Assembly: GCA_902515965.1 (NCBI GenBank)
Contig: CABXWS010000001.1
Location: 1 to 32,525 of the forward strand
Direction: 5' to 3'
DNA: 32,525 nucleotides
From: an uncultured Pelagibacteraceae bacterium
Lineage (GTDB): Bacteria; Pseudomonadota; Alphaproteobacteria; Pelagibacterales; Pelagibacteraceae
Part shown: positions 1-10,241 of the stretch, piece after piece
Numbering within the stretch: position 1 is the stretch's first letter
How the letters are laid out: each line of letters starts with the position of its first letter
Position numbers and translations under genes: made by a program
The notes under the pieces: model-generated
What the model was told of the DNA's origin: nothing
The model's database searches: none
What the model saw: the letters and a program-made list of their open reading frames with translations, nothing else

Positions 1-1278
1 CCACATATTACTGATAGAATAAAAAAATTTATTAGCAAAGACATTAGTAACGAAGATTTTGTAATTTGTGAAATTGGTGGAACAGTTGGTGATATAGAGA
101 GCTTACCATTTTTGGAGGCGATAAGACAATTTTCAAATGATCATGGAAGATCGAAAACGTTGTTTGTTCATTTAACATTAGTACCTTTCATGAAATCTTC
201 CGACGAAATAAAGACTAAACCTACACAACATAGTGTCAAAGAATTGAGAAGTATCGGTATACAGCCAGATATTGTTATTTGTAGATCAGAACAACCTATA
301 CCAATAGAACAAAGAAATAAAATATCATTATTTTGTAATGTTGATATTGAAAATGTTATTGAAACGGTTGATGTTAGGACAATTTATGAGGCTCCAATTA
401 GTTTTTATAACCAAAAGTTAGATAAACAGGTTCTTAAATATTTTAATATTAAATCAAAAAAGAAACCAAATTTAAAACCATGGAAAAATATTACCACTAC
501 AGTTCTAAAAAATAATAAAATAATCAATATCGGAATAATAGGAAAATATGTAAACTTGAAAGATGCATATAAATCCTTGGATGAAGCATTAACTCATGGT
601 GGAATAGCAAATAACGTGAAAGTTAATTTAGTCAGAATCGAATCTGATAAACTAAAAAAAAACGAAATAAGCAAAAAACTTAAGAGTGTCTCGGGAATAT
701 TAATACCAGGCGGTTTTGGTAAAAGAGGTACAGAAGGTAAAATTGCAGCAATTAAATATGCAAGAGAAAAAAAAATACCCTTCTTTGGTATTTGTTTTGG
801 AATGCAAATGGCAATCATTGAATTTGCTAGAAATAAATTAAATATTAAAAATGCTGGTTCTACTGAGCTTGATAAAAAATGTTTTCCTATGATTGGATTA
901 ATCCATGAATGGAGCAGGGATGGGAAAATTTTCAAAGGTACAGATAAAAACTTAGGAGGGACAATGAGATTAGGACTTTATACAGCAAAATTACAAAATA
1001 ATTCTGCCATAAATAAGATTTATAAATCAAATACCATTAAAGAAAGACACAGACATAGATATGAAGTTAATAATAATCAAAGATCAAAATTTGAGAAAAA
1101 AGGATTAATGTTTTCAGGCATGTCTCCAGATAACAAATTACCTGAAATAATTGAGTTAAAAAACCACCCTTGGTTTATTGGAGTTCAATTTCATCCAGAA
1201 TTTAAATCGAGACCATTATCACCACACCCATTATTTAAATCATTTATAAAAGCAGCAAAACACTATCATGGAAAATAG
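1..1278 (+). CDS. pyrG: CTP synthase (5'-truncated by window edge)
   Basis: Frame is open from base 1 (PHITDRIK...CEIGGTVGDIESLPFLEA). Contains KTKPTQHSV, glutaminase GICFGMQ, ERHRHRYE and QFHPEF. The ORF-track start at 112 is internal. Confidence 0.98.
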   Translation, partial: PHITDRIKKFISKDISNEDFVICEIGGTVGDIESLPFLEAIRQFSNDHGRSKTLFVHLTLVPFMKSSDEIKTKPTQHSVKELRSIGIQPDIVICRSEQPIPIEQRNKISLFCNVDIENVIETVDVRTIYEAPISFYNQKLDKQVLKYFNIKSKKKPNLKPWKNITTTVLKNNKIINIGIIGKYVNLKDAYKSLDEALTHGGIANNVKVNLVRIESDKLKKNEISKKLKSVSGILIPGGFGKRGTEGKIAAIKYAREKKIPFFGICFGMQMAIIEFARNKLNIKNAGSTELDKKCFPMIGLIHEWSRDGKIFKGTDKNLGGTMRLGLYTAKLQNNSAINKIYKSNTIKERHRHRYEVNNNQRSKFEKKGLMFSGMSPDNKLPEIIELKNHPWFIGVQFHPEFKSRPLSPHPLFKSFIKAAKHYHGK

Positions 1279-2101
1279 AATTGTTAATTGTCAAGATATA
1301 AATATTTCTAACTCAAATAAAATTTGTTTAATAGCGGGCCCCTGTCAATTAGAAACAGAACAACATGCTTTAGACATGGCAGGAGAAATAAAAAATATTA
1401 CTGACAAATATGAAATTGGATTTATTTATAAAACTTCTTTTGACAAAGCCAATCGAACAAGTCTTGATGGTAAAAGAGGTTTTGGACTAGAAAATTCTTT
1501 ACCTGTATTTGATAAAATAAAAAGTCAAATAAAAATTCCTGTACTCACTGATATTCATAACGAAGAACAATGCTCAATAGTTGCTTCACATGTTGATGTT
1601 TTGCAAATTCCCGCATTCTTATGTAGACAAACCGATTTGTTAGTAGCTGCTGCTAAAACAAAAAAAATTATTAATGTAAAAAAAGGTCAATTTTTAGCTC
1701 CATGGGATATGGTGAATGTAACGAAAAAAATTTCTGAGTCAGGAAATAATAATATTCTTGTTACAGAGAGAGGTGCTAGTTTTGGATATAACACTTTAGT
1801 ATCAGATATGAGATCTATACCTATAATGGCAAAAAATGGTTATCCAATTGTTTTTGATGCTACACACTCAGTTCAACAACCCGGCGGACAAGGTGACAAA
1901 AGTGGTGGTCAAAGAGAATTTGTTGAACATTTATCTAGAGCAGCTGTTGCAGTTGGCGTTGCCGCAATTTTTATAGAAACCCATCAAGATCCAGATAATG
2001 CTCCATCTGATGGTCCAAATATGGTTCCACTTAGTTCCTTAGATAATTTAGTAAGTCAGATAGTTGAAATAGACAATTTAGTAAAAAATAATAATGTTTA
2101 A
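1268..2101 (+). CDS. kdsA: 3-deoxy-8-phosphooctulonate (KDO8P) synthase
   Basis: IAGPC, SFDKANRTS, QIPAFLCRQTDLL, FDATHSVQQPGG and APSDG motifs; pyrG-kdsA-eno order. Confidence 0.97.
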   Translation: MENRIVNCQDINISNSNKICLIAGPCQLETEQHALDMAGEIKNITDKYEIGFIYKTSFDKANRTSLDGKRGFGLENSLPVFDKIKSQIKIPVLTDIHNEEQCSIVASHVDVLQIPAFLCRQTDLLVAAAKTKKIINVKKGQFLAPWDMVNVTKKISESGNNNILVTERGASFGYNTLVSDMRSIPIMAKNGYPIVFDATHSVQQPGGQGDKSGGQREFVEHLSRAAVAVGVAAIFIETHQDPDNAPSDGPNMVPLSSLDNLVSQIVEIDNLVKNNNV

Positions 2102-3353
2102 AATTTCTAAAGTTATTGCAAGACAAGTTTTTGATAGTAGAGGAAATCCGACGATTGAGGCTGAAGTTTTTGTTAATGATATAAGTGCAACAGCAATTTG
2201 TCCATCTGGAGCATCAACTGGAACTTACGAAGCATTTGAGAAAAGAGACTTAAACAACAAAAGGTATCTTGGAAAAAGTGTTCTAAAACCTATTGATTTT
2301 ATTAATAAAGTAATTTCTAAAAAACTTAAAAATTTTAATGTTCATCACCAAGAAAAAATAGATAATTTATTAATAAGACTTGATGGTACCAAACAAAAAA
2401 AAAAAATTGGTGCTAATGCAATTCTATCTGTTTCAATAGCAGTCAAAAAATTATCGTCTAAAATAAAGAAAATTCCAATTTATAGAAATTTGCTAAAAAA
2501 TAAAAACTTCAAACTACCATATCCTATGATGAATATTATAAACGGCGGGGCTCATGCTAATAATGGACTTAGAATTCAAGAGTTTATGATAAGGCCCGAC
2601 AAGGCCAAATCCTTTTCAGAAGGTGTAAGAATGTGTTTTATTGTTATTAATAAATTAAGACATTTAATAAAAAAAATGGGTCATTCAACGTCTGTTGGTG
2701 ATGAGGGTGGGTTTGCTCCAATGATAGATGATAATGAAAGTGCACTAAAACTGATAGTAAAAGCTATTCATTTGTCAGGTTTTGAAAATGGTAAAGATAT
2801 AGCTATTTGTTTAGATGTTGCGGCAAACGAATTAATTAAAAATAAGAAGTATTCAATTCATTCAAAAAAGTACACCAGTGTAGATAAATCAATAGATAAT
2901 TATTTTAAACTTATAAAAAAATATAAAATTAAGTCTATTGAAGATCCGTTTGGTGAAAATGACTGGTCAGCCTGGACAAAGCTTTTAAACAAAACACAAA
3001 ATAAATTACAAATTGTAGGAGATGATCTCTTTGTCACAAATTTAGAACGTTTAAAAATTGGATTTTTAAATGTTTCAGCAAATTCAATTTTAATTAAATT
3101 GAATCAGATTGGTACTATTACTGAAACAATTGAAGTTATTAAATTTGCAAAATTGATTGGTTATAAAACCATAATCTCACATAGATCAGGTGACAGCGAA
3201 GATACATTTATTGCAGATTTTGCTGTTGGTACAGATTCTAATCAGATTAAAACTGGTTCATTAGCAAGATCAGAAAGAGTTTCAAAATATAATCAATTAT
3301 TAAGAATTGAGCATGAACTTGGAAAAAAGTCAAAAATGCATAGAATAAATTAA
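2094..3353 (+). CDS. eno: Enolase (phosphopyruvate hydratase)
   Basis: DSRGNPT, PSGASTG, NGGAHA, QEFMI, GDEGGFAP, GDDLFVTN, IKLNQIG, SHRSG and KYNQLLRIE motifs. Confidence 0.97.
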   Translation: MFKISKVIARQVFDSRGNPTIEAEVFVNDISATAICPSGASTGTYEAFEKRDLNNKRYLGKSVLKPIDFINKVISKKLKNFNVHHQEKIDNLLIRLDGTKQKKKIGANAILSVSIAVKKLSSKIKKIPIYRNLLKNKNFKLPYPMMNIINGGAHANNGLRIQEFMIRPDKAKSFSEGVRMCFIVINKLRHLIKKMGHSTSVGDEGGFAPMIDDNESALKLIVKAIHLSGFENGKDIAICLDVAANELIKNKKYSIHSKKYTSVDKSIDNYFKLIKKYKIKSIEDPFGENDWSAWTKLLNKTQNKLQIVGDDLFVTNLERLKIGFLNVSANSILIKLNQIGTITETIEVIKFAKLIGYKTIISHRSGDSEDTFIADFAVGTDSNQIKTGSLARSERVSKYNQLLRIEHELGKKSKMHRIN

Positions 3354-3658
3354 TGCTAGATAAAATAAAAAAAAATTATTTTATTTTAATTGTTACTTTT
3401 TTGATTATTTATTTCTTTTTCAATTTATTGGGTGGGGATAGAGGTCTAATTTCCTATTTAAAAAAAAAAGAAATTTATGAAACGCTAAAAATTAAGCAAA
3501 ATGACCTACAAAATAAAATTCAAGATTTGGAGCATAAAAATTCATTATTAACTGAAAATATTGACCTTGATTTTATTGAAATTTTAATACGAGACAAATT
3601 TTTATTTGGAAAAGAGGGTGAGACTACTTATATAATAAAAAATTATGGACAAAATTAA
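3353..3658 (+). CDS. ftsB: Septum formation initiator (FtsB/DivIC family)
   Basis: N-terminal TM helix, GDRGL, coiled coil, and E-x-x-I-R...GE tail; located directly after eno. Confidence 0.85.
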   Translation: MLDKIKKNYFILIVTFLIIYFFFNLLGGDRGLISYLKKKEIYETLKIKQNDLQNKIQDLEHKNSLLTENIDLDFIEILIRDKFLFGKEGETTYIIKNYGQN

Positions 3659-4568
3659 ACCCAGACATCCTGAAAAAGTCAAGAATCCAGTTAATCCTAT
3701 TAAAAAGAAACCTGAATGGATTAGATCTAAGCTTTCAGATAGTAAGGAATTTTTTCTAACAAAAACTGTAGTTAATCAAAATAATCTAGTAACCGTATGC
3801 CAAGAAGCAAACTGTCCAAATATCACTGAGTGTTGGAGTAAAAGACATGCAACTTTTATGATTATGGGAGATACTTGTACCAGAGCCTGTGCCTTTTGCG
3901 ATGTCAAGACAGGAAAACCTGAAAAATTGGATCAATTTGAACCAATTAAAATTGCCAATGCTGTAAAAAAATTAAATTTAAGACACGTAGTAATTACATC
4001 AGTTGATAGAGATGATCTGCCAGATGGTGGATCCACTCACTTTAAAGAAGTTGTAGAAATTACTAGAAAAAAAAATCCCGATACAACAATAGAAGTTTTA
4101 ACACCAGATTTTTTACGAAAAGGTGATTCTTACAAAATTATTTTAAGTGCAAATCCAGATGTTTTTAATCATAATATTGAAACTGTACCTAGACTATATG
4201 TAAAAGTCAGGCCTGGTGCTAGATATTTTGCATCTTTAGAACTTCTTAAAAACACAAAAAAAGATAATAAAAAAGTTTTTACAAAGTCAGGTATAATGGT
4301 TGGTTTGGGAGAAGAAAAAAATGAAATTATCCAAGTTATGGATGATCTAAGATCTGCAGATGTTGATTTTTTAACTATTGGTCAATACCTCCAACCATCA
4401 TCGAAACATCATCCGCTAGATAGATATTATCATCCCCAAGAGTTTAAAGATTTAGAGACAATTGCAAAGTCTAAAGGTTTTTTACTGGTATCCTCATCCC
4501 CACTAACACGATCATCATACCATGCAGATGAAGATTTTGCTATATTGAAACAAAATAGATTCAATTAA
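3645..4568 (+). CDS. lipA: Lipoyl synthase
   Basis: [12 protein letters not shown] auxiliary-cluster motif, CTRACAFC radical-SAM motif, and RSSYHA. Confidence 0.98.
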   Translation: MDKIKPRHPEKVKNPVNPIKKKPEWIRSKLSDSKEFFLTKTVVNQNNLVTVCQEANCPNITECWSKRHATFMIMGDTCTRACAFCDVKTGKPEKLDQFEPIKIANAVKKLNLRHVVITSVDRDDLPDGGSTHFKEVVEITRKKNPDTTIEVLTPDFLRKGDSYKIILSANPDVFNHNIETVPRLYVKVRPGARYFASLELLKNTKKDNKKVFTKSGIMVGLGEEKNEIIQVMDDLRSADVDFLTIGQYLQPSSKHHPLDRYYHPQEFKDLETIAKSKGFLLVSSSPLTRSSYHADEDFAILKQNRFN

Positions 4569-4572
4569 TATT

Positions 4573-5010
4573 ATGCCAAAAGCATCAGTAACGCGATTAA
4601 TCGAACGCGATAAGAAAACACTTATAGAATTTGTACTTGATATAGAAAAATATCCAGAGTTTATTCCATTCTGTATAAGTTCTAAGGTTTATAAAAAGAA
4701 AGAAGAAAAGGATGTGACAAAAATTATAGCTGATTTAACAATAGGCAAAAAACCATTTACAGATACTTACAAAAGTGATGTTAAATACTATAAAAAAAAT
4801 GATCATATTCATGTTACAAATATAGAAGGTCCGCTTAATTACTTAGAAAATAATTGGAAATTTGTTGAAAAAGAGAATTTCACCGAGGTTCATTTCGATG
4901 TTGATTTTGAAATTAAAAATAAGTTTCTAAATATTATAATGGTAAAATCATTCCAATTTGGACTTAATAAAATAGCTGATGCTTTTCAAAAAAGAGCTGA
5001 AAGTCTGTAA
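4573..5010 (+). CDS. ratA: RatA/PasT (Coq10-like START domain) protein
   Basis: DIEKYPEFIPFC motif and C-terminal AFQKRA; typical position after lipA. Confidence 0.85.
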   Translation: MPKASVTRLIERDKKTLIEFVLDIEKYPEFIPFCISSKVYKKKEEKDVTKIIADLTIGKKPFTDTYKSDVKYYKKNDHIHVTNIEGPLNYLENNWKFVEKENFTEVHFDVDFEIKNKFLNIIMVKSFQFGLNKIADAFQKRAESL

Positions 5011-5016
5011 CTAAAT

Positions 5017-5481
5017 TTAAATAAGAGATCCAATAATTTCTAAAGTTTTTTTAACAGTAGCATTTTGAACAGCAATTCTGCTTTTTTGTTTGAATATATT
5101 TTTGGTGATTAGAATTTTATTTTTTTTTTTTATTCCAATATAAACTAATCCAACTGGTTTAAGTTTTGTTCCACCATTAGGACCTGCAATACCCGTAATA
5201 GAAATATTAATCTTACTTTTTGATAACTTGGCTAAATTTTTAACCATAGCCTCACAACATTCAGGACTAACAGCACCGTATTTATCTATAATTTTTTTAT
5301 TAACTTTTAATATTCTAATTTTTGCATCATTTGAATAAGTGACCAAACTTGTCTTAAAATATTTTGACGAACCACTTAGCCTAGTAAATTTGCTTGATAA
5401 CAAGCCACCGGTACATGACTCAGCAGCAGACAATGAAATGTTCTTTTTTATTAATTTTTTATGTAATTTCTCGATGTTCAT
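5017..5481 (-). CDS. cinA: CinA C-terminal domain protein (NMN deamidase, PncC-like)
   Basis: AESCTGG, SGSS, YSN, GAVS and ITGIAGPNGG...PVGLVYIG motifs. Confidence 0.9.
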   Translation of the reverse strand: MNIEKLHKKLIKKNISLSAAESCTGGLLSSKFTRLSGSSKYFKTSLVTYSNDAKIRILKVNKKIIDKYGAVSPECCEAMVKNLAKLSKSKINISITGIAGPNGGTKLKPVGLVYIGIKKKNKILITKNIFKQKSRIAVQNATVKKTLEIIGSLI

Positions 5482-5972
5482 TAAAAGTTTAAACTAACAA
5501 AATAGATTATCAAGATAGTATACAAACCCGCCATTATATCATCCATTATTATGCCAAAGAAATTTTTATGTTGTTTGTCGAAGTAACTAACTGGGAAGGG
5601 TTTAACAATATCAAAAAATCTGAACAGTATAAATGATAATAAATAATATATTTCCACAGGAATACTAATAAGTTTATGAGATGATAAATATACAATGAAT
5701 ATAAGAGGCATCGCTTGACCTAATACTTCATCAATTACAATTTGTCTTGGGTCCTTTTTTTCAAATTCTGTTTCAGAGTCCATAACAGCGTAAAATGAAT
5801 AAAAGAATATTATGGAATATAAAATTAATATATAATTAAGATTTTTAAATCCAAATACTTCAAAGAATATATAAAGAATTAATAATGTGCTTAGCGATGT
5901 AAATGTTCCTGGTATTTTTGAAATATATCCATTTCCAAAAAAGGTTGATATTAGAATATTAATCTTTTTCAT
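5481..5972 (-). CDS. pgpA: Phosphatidylglycerophosphatase A
   Basis: PGTFTS, DPRQIVIDEVLG, FRFFDIVKPFP and GIIMDDIMAG motifs. Start placed at 5972 (ATGA overlap with the ispDF stop) rather than 5999. Confidence 0.93.
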   Translation of the reverse strand: MKKINILISTFFGNGYISKIPGTFTSLSTLLILYIFFEVFGFKNLNYILILYSIIFFYSFYAVMDSETEFEKKDPRQIVIDEVLGQAMPLIFIVYLSSHKLISIPVEIYYLLSFILFRFFDIVKPFPVSYFDKQHKNFFGIIMDDIMAGLYTILIIYFVSLNF

Positions 5973-7069
5973 TTTGATATAGAGCAGATTACTTCGCATG
6001 CAATTGCTTGTTCTTTTCCTATTATACCTAATTTTTCAACTGTTTTACCTTTTAAATTTATCAAATTCTTATCTATGGATAATAAATTAGATAATGAGTT
6101 TAGTATTTTACCCTTAATTTTTGAAACTTTAGGATTTTCACATATTAGGTTGATATCTATATTATTTATTATTAGATCATTTTCATTTAATAATTTTAGT
6201 ATAGGACTAAGCATGTTCTTAGATCTAATATTTTTAAATTTGCTTGAATTACTTGGGAAGAGGGTACCTATGTCACTTTTTCTCATTGCACCTAATAGAC
6301 CGTCAATTATTGCGTGAAGAATTACATCTCCATCGGAATGACCTTTAAGACCTGAGTGAAAAGGAATGTGCATACCTCCTAAAAATAGTTTTTTATTTTT
6401 AATTAATCTATGAATATCAAATCCAATACCGTAATAAACTTCATATTTTAATTTTTTTATATCTTCCAGAGTTGTTATTTTAAAATTTTTTTTTTCTCCA
6501 AGAATAAATTTAATTTTTTTATTATTGTTTAAATAAAGACTAGCCTCATCCGTAATTTTTTCTTTATTAGTTTTATATAAATTAAATAACTCTTTAAAAT
6601 TAAAGCATTGTGGTGTTTGTGTTAATAAAATTTTTTCTCTATCCAAATTGTTTATATTATTATTAGTTTTGTATTTTACTGAATTTTCAGAATTTAAATA
6701 TGGTACAACAGCACTATTTTTCTTTAGTCTATTTTTTAATTTTTTAAGTAAATTTATCGAGAGGTTTGGTCTTGCAGCATCATGAATAAATACATTTTTA
6801 ATTCTTTTATTTTGTAAATATTTCAGTGCATTTTCGGTCGAATTGTGTCTTTCTTTGCCACCTTTTATTAAATGAACATTTCTATAATTAATTTTTTTAA
6901 TCTTTTTATTAGAGACAATTAAAATTTTTTTAAATAATTTTGAGTCTAAGGCTGTCTTAAGTGAATGATGAAATAATGGCTTGTTTTTGTACATAATAAA
7001 CTGCTTTTTTAAAGGAGACTTAAATCTCTTACTTTTTCCAGCAGTTAATAATATAAAACAATCACTCAT
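5969..7069 (-). CDS. ispDF: Bifunctional IspD/IspF (MEP pathway)
   Basis: IspD part has AGKSKRF...KQF, IHDAARP, QTPQ and KITT. IspF part has GIGFDIH and GHSDGDVILHA. Confidence 0.95.
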   Translation of the reverse strand: MSDCFILLTAGKSKRFKSPLKKQFIMYKNKPLFHHSLKTALDSKLFKKILIVSNKKIKKINYRNVHLIKGGKERHNSTENALKYLQNKRIKNVFIHDAARPNLSINLLKKLKNRLKKNSAVVPYLNSENSVKYKTNNNINNLDREKILLTQTPQCFNFKELFNLYKTNKEKITDEASLYLNNNKKIKFILGEKKNFKITTLEDIKKLKYEVYYGIGFDIHRLIKNKKLFLGGMHIPFHSGLKGHSDGDVILHAIIDGLLGAMRKSDIGTLFPSNSSKFKNIRSKNMLSPILKLLNENDLIINNIDINLICENPKVSKIKGKILNSLSNLLSIDKNLINLKGKTVEKLGIIGKEQAIACEVICSISK

Positions 7070-7106
7070 GTATTTATTTATAAATTTTTATATATATTCA
7101 TAGTTT

Positions 7107-8879
7107 ATGCTTCTATTCTTAAAAAGAAATTTATTTATTATTATAATATTTTTCTTAACGCTTTTCTTGTCTTTCATCACTTTTTTAACATTCATTGATA
7201 GAAGTTTTATTAAATTAAATGAAGAAAATTTACAAATAGTTTTAATATTAAATATTGTTTTTTTATTAATATTTTTTATTTCCATTTTTATTGATATTAA
7301 AAATTCTATTAAAAATAACATTAACGTAAGAGGCTCGGTTGCTAACAGAAAATATATTATATCATTTGCATTATTTACCTTAATACCTTCATTGCTAATT
7401 GCATTCTTTTCATTATTTGTTTTTTCTTTTGCTTTAGAAAAATATTTTGACAAAAAAATAACAACAGCAGTCAATAATTCATATGAAATAGCAAAAAATT
7501 ATATCGATGAAAAAAGAAATAAAATCCAATCTGAAATTATTTTAATTGCCTTTGATTTGAATAAATATTCTAACATTTATAAAACTGATCCAAATAGATT
7601 TAATGCCTTTTTAAACTCCCAAACAGTTGTAAGAGATATAGATCAGCTTTTCTTAATAGACTCTAAAGGAAATTTATTAATTTCAGCAAACAACTCAAAA
7701 TATAACAAAATAGAAGACCAAGCATTAAAAATGGTAAGAAACGATGATCGTCCATTAAAAATTATAAATGCTCAAGAAAATAGATCTGCAGCAGTTATAA
7801 AACTCCAAAATTTTAATGACACCTTTCTTTATGTTGTAAAAAAAATTGATAAAAATATTTCAAATTATTTACTAGAATCAGAAGAGGCTATAAATTTTTA
7901 TTATACAGTAGAAAATCAAAGTCTAGGTATTCGAATTTCATTTATAATTATCTATTTATCCATTATTACAATCTTACTATTTTTATCAATAACTATTGCG
8001 ATCCGTTTTTCATCAAGATTTTTTATTTCTATAAATAATTTAATTTCTGCCTCAGAAAAAATAGGAAAAGGAAATTTGGATATTAAAGTACCAGAGTTAA
8101 AAGCTGATAGAGAAATGGAATTATTAAATAAAAACTTTAACTCAATGATTGATAAATTAAAAAATCAACAAGAAAAATTATTATCTAATGAAAGACATGA
8201 AGCATGGGAAACTGTTGCAAGAAAAATGGCTCACGAAATTAAGAATCCATTAACGCCAATTCAATTGACTATTGATAATTTAAATTCAAAATATTTACCT
8301 GAATTATCTGAAGAAAAAAAAGAAAAATATCAAAATAATTTAAAAACTATCCTAAAACAAATCAAGCATATTGAAAATTTAGTAAATGAATTTTCAGATT
8401 TTGCAAGAATGCCTAAGCCTCATTTTAAAAAAAATGATATAATCAAAGTATTAAATGAAAATATTGAGCTACTTAAAAAATTGAACAAATCAATTAACTT
8501 TAATATCAACAATAAATTAGGAAAACATGTTTTATTTAAATTTGATAATGAGCAATTCAGTCGGCTATTCTTGAACCTAATTAAAAATTCAATTGAAAGC
8601 ATAAACGAAAAAGTTAAAAAAGTATCGAAAACATTGAAAAATATTGATATAGAAATAAACCAAAGAAGAGACTATATAACAATTAATTTAAAAGACACAG
8701 GTGAAGGTTTTAAAAACATAAAAACTAAAGATATTATAAAACCATATTTTACAACTAAAGAAAAAGGAACTGGCTTAGGTTTATCAATAGTAGATAAAAT
8801 AATAAATGACCATAATGGATCAATTAAATTTTTTAATACGAGATATGGAGCTAAAGTTCAGATCATAATTCCAAAATAA
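7107..8879 (+). CDS. ntrY: Sensor histidine kinase, NtrY-like (multi-TM, HAMP, HisKA, HATPase)
   Basis: AWETVARKMAHEIKNPLTPIQL H-box, EFSDFARMP, NLIKNS, DTGEG and GTGLGL; directly upstream of ntrX. Confidence 0.9.
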   Translation: MLLFLKRNLFIIIIFFLTLFLSFITFLTFIDRSFIKLNEENLQIVLILNIVFLLIFFISIFIDIKNSIKNNINVRGSVANRKYIISFALFTLIPSLLIAFFSLFVFSFALEKYFDKKITTAVNNSYEIAKNYIDEKRNKIQSEIILIAFDLNKYSNIYKTDPNRFNAFLNSQTVVRDIDQLFLIDSKGNLLISANNSKYNKIEDQALKMVRNDDRPLKIINAQENRSAAVIKLQNFNDTFLYVVKKIDKNISNYLLESEEAINFYYTVENQSLGIRISFIIIYLSIITILLFLSITIAIRFSSRFFISINNLISASEKIGKGNLDIKVPELKADREMELLNKNFNSMIDKLKNQQEKLLSNERHEAWETVARKMAHEIKNPLTPIQLTIDNLNSKYLPELSEEKKEKYQNNLKTILKQIKHIENLVNEFSDFARMPKPHFKKNDIIKVLNENIELLKKLNKSINFNINNKLGKHVLFKFDNEQFSRLFLNLIKNSIESINEKVKKVSKTLKNIDIEINQRRDYITINLKDTGEGFKNIKTKDIIKPYFTTKEKGTGLGLSIVDKIINDHNGSIKFFNTRYGAKVQIIIPK

Positions 8880-8885
8880 ATTTAA

Positions 8886-10241
8886 ATGTCTACAGAAATT
8901 TTAATAATTGATGATAACGCAGATATAAGAAATATACTTGATGAGTTAATACAAGACGCTGGCTATAAAACAAGAATAGCTGCAAATTTTAATCAAGGTT
9001 TAGCAGAGATAGATAAGAAACTTCCTGACGTAGCAATAATAGATGTCAAATTAGATAAAGGTGACAATGATGGAATACAGTTGTTGGAGCATATAAAAAA
9101 AAAAAACACAGATATTCCAGTTATAATTATCTCTGGTCATGCTAATATTGAGATGGCAGTTAATTCATTAAGATCAGGTGCATTTGAATTTATTCAAAAA
9201 CCTTTTGATAAGGAAAGATTATTAAATTTTATAAAACGAGCCGTAGAAAATTTTAATTTAAAAAAAGAGAATAATTCTTTAAATAGTAAACTTTTCCACT
9301 CATTTGAGATAATCGGAAAAAGCCAAAATATTGCATCTATAAAGGATCAGATACAAAAATTATCCCAATCTGAAAGTAGAGTTTTTATTAGTGGCCCAAC
9401 AGGTTCTGGAAAGGAATTGATATCTAGAAAAATTTATAAAAATTCGAAACGATCAAAAGGTCCATTTATTATTATAAATGGTGCATTGCTGGATTCAAAA
9501 AAATATGAATTAGAACTTTTCGGAGAAGAAAAGAAAGATGGATCAATAGTTTATGGAGCACTAGAAAAAGCGTCAGGAGGAGTTCTACTTATTGATGAAG
9601 TCACTGAAATTCCATTAGAAACACAATCAAAAATTTTAAGGGTTGTAATAGATCAAAAATTTAAGAGGATAAACAGCAATCATGATATCAAAGTCGATGT
9701 TCGAATTTTTTGTTCATCAAGTAAAAATATACATACTGAAATTAAAAATGGTAATTTTAGAGAAGACTTATTTCACCGATTAAATGTTTTTAATATTGAA
9801 ATACAACCTTTAAATAAAAGAGTTGAAGATATTCCACTATTAGTCAATTATTTTATAAAAAATATTTGTGAAACATATAATTATAAAAAATTCGCAATTA
9901 AAGATGAAAATTATCTTTTAAATTATGATTGGCCTGGTAACGTAAGAGAACTTAGAAACTTAGTAGAAAGAATTGCAATACTTTCTCCTGGTAATGATGA
10001 AGAAAAAATATTAAATATTATTAAAGAATCCTTGTCAAAGAATACAAAAGAAAACTTCTCGGTTGCAGATAATCTTGCTATTCCATTAAGAGAAGCGAGA
10101 GAAAACTTTGAAAAAGAATATCTAATGTCACAAATTAATAAATTTGGAGGAAATATATCTAAAACTGCAAAATTTGTTGGCATGGAAAGATCTGCTCTTC
10201 ATAGAAAACTAAAGTTATTAGGTGTTAAGGACTTAAATTAA
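8886..10241 (+). CDS. ntrX: Response regulator NtrX (REC-AAA+-Fis HTH)
   Basis: REC domain (IDDN, IIDVKL, ISGH, QKP), Walker A GPTGSGKE, Walker B LIDEV, WPGNVRELRN and GMERSALHRKL. No GAFTGA loop, as expected for NtrX. Confidence 0.93.
   Translation: MSTEILIIDDNADIRNILDELIQDAGYKTRIAANFNQGLAEIDKKLPDVAIIDVKLDKGDNDGIQLLEHIKKKNTDIPVIIISGHANIEMAVNSLRSGAFEFIQKPFDKERLLNFIKRAVENFNLKKENNSLNSKLFHSFEIIGKSQNIASIKDQIQKLSQSESRVFISGPTGSGKELISRKIYKNSKRSKGPFIIINGALLDSKKYELELFGEEKKDGSIVYGALEKASGGVLLIDEVTEIPLETQSKILRVVIDQKFKRINSNHDIKVDVRIFCSSSKNIHTEIKNGNFREDLFHRLNVFNIEIQPLNKRVEDIPLLVNYFIKNICETYNYKKFAIKDENYLLNYDWPGNVRELRNLVERIAILSPGNDEEKILNIIKESLSKNTKENFSVADNLAIPLREARENFEKEYLMSQINKFGGNISKTAKFVGMERSALHRKLKLLGVKDLN

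Noticed and set aside
2094-3353. Lys-rich enolase with SHRSGDSED variant as a possible pseudo-enzyme
   Set aside because: All catalytic and Mg-binding motifs appear present; AT bias explains the composition.
9500-9570. NtrX lacking GAFTGA as a novelty
   Set aside because: This is an established feature of the NtrX subfamily.
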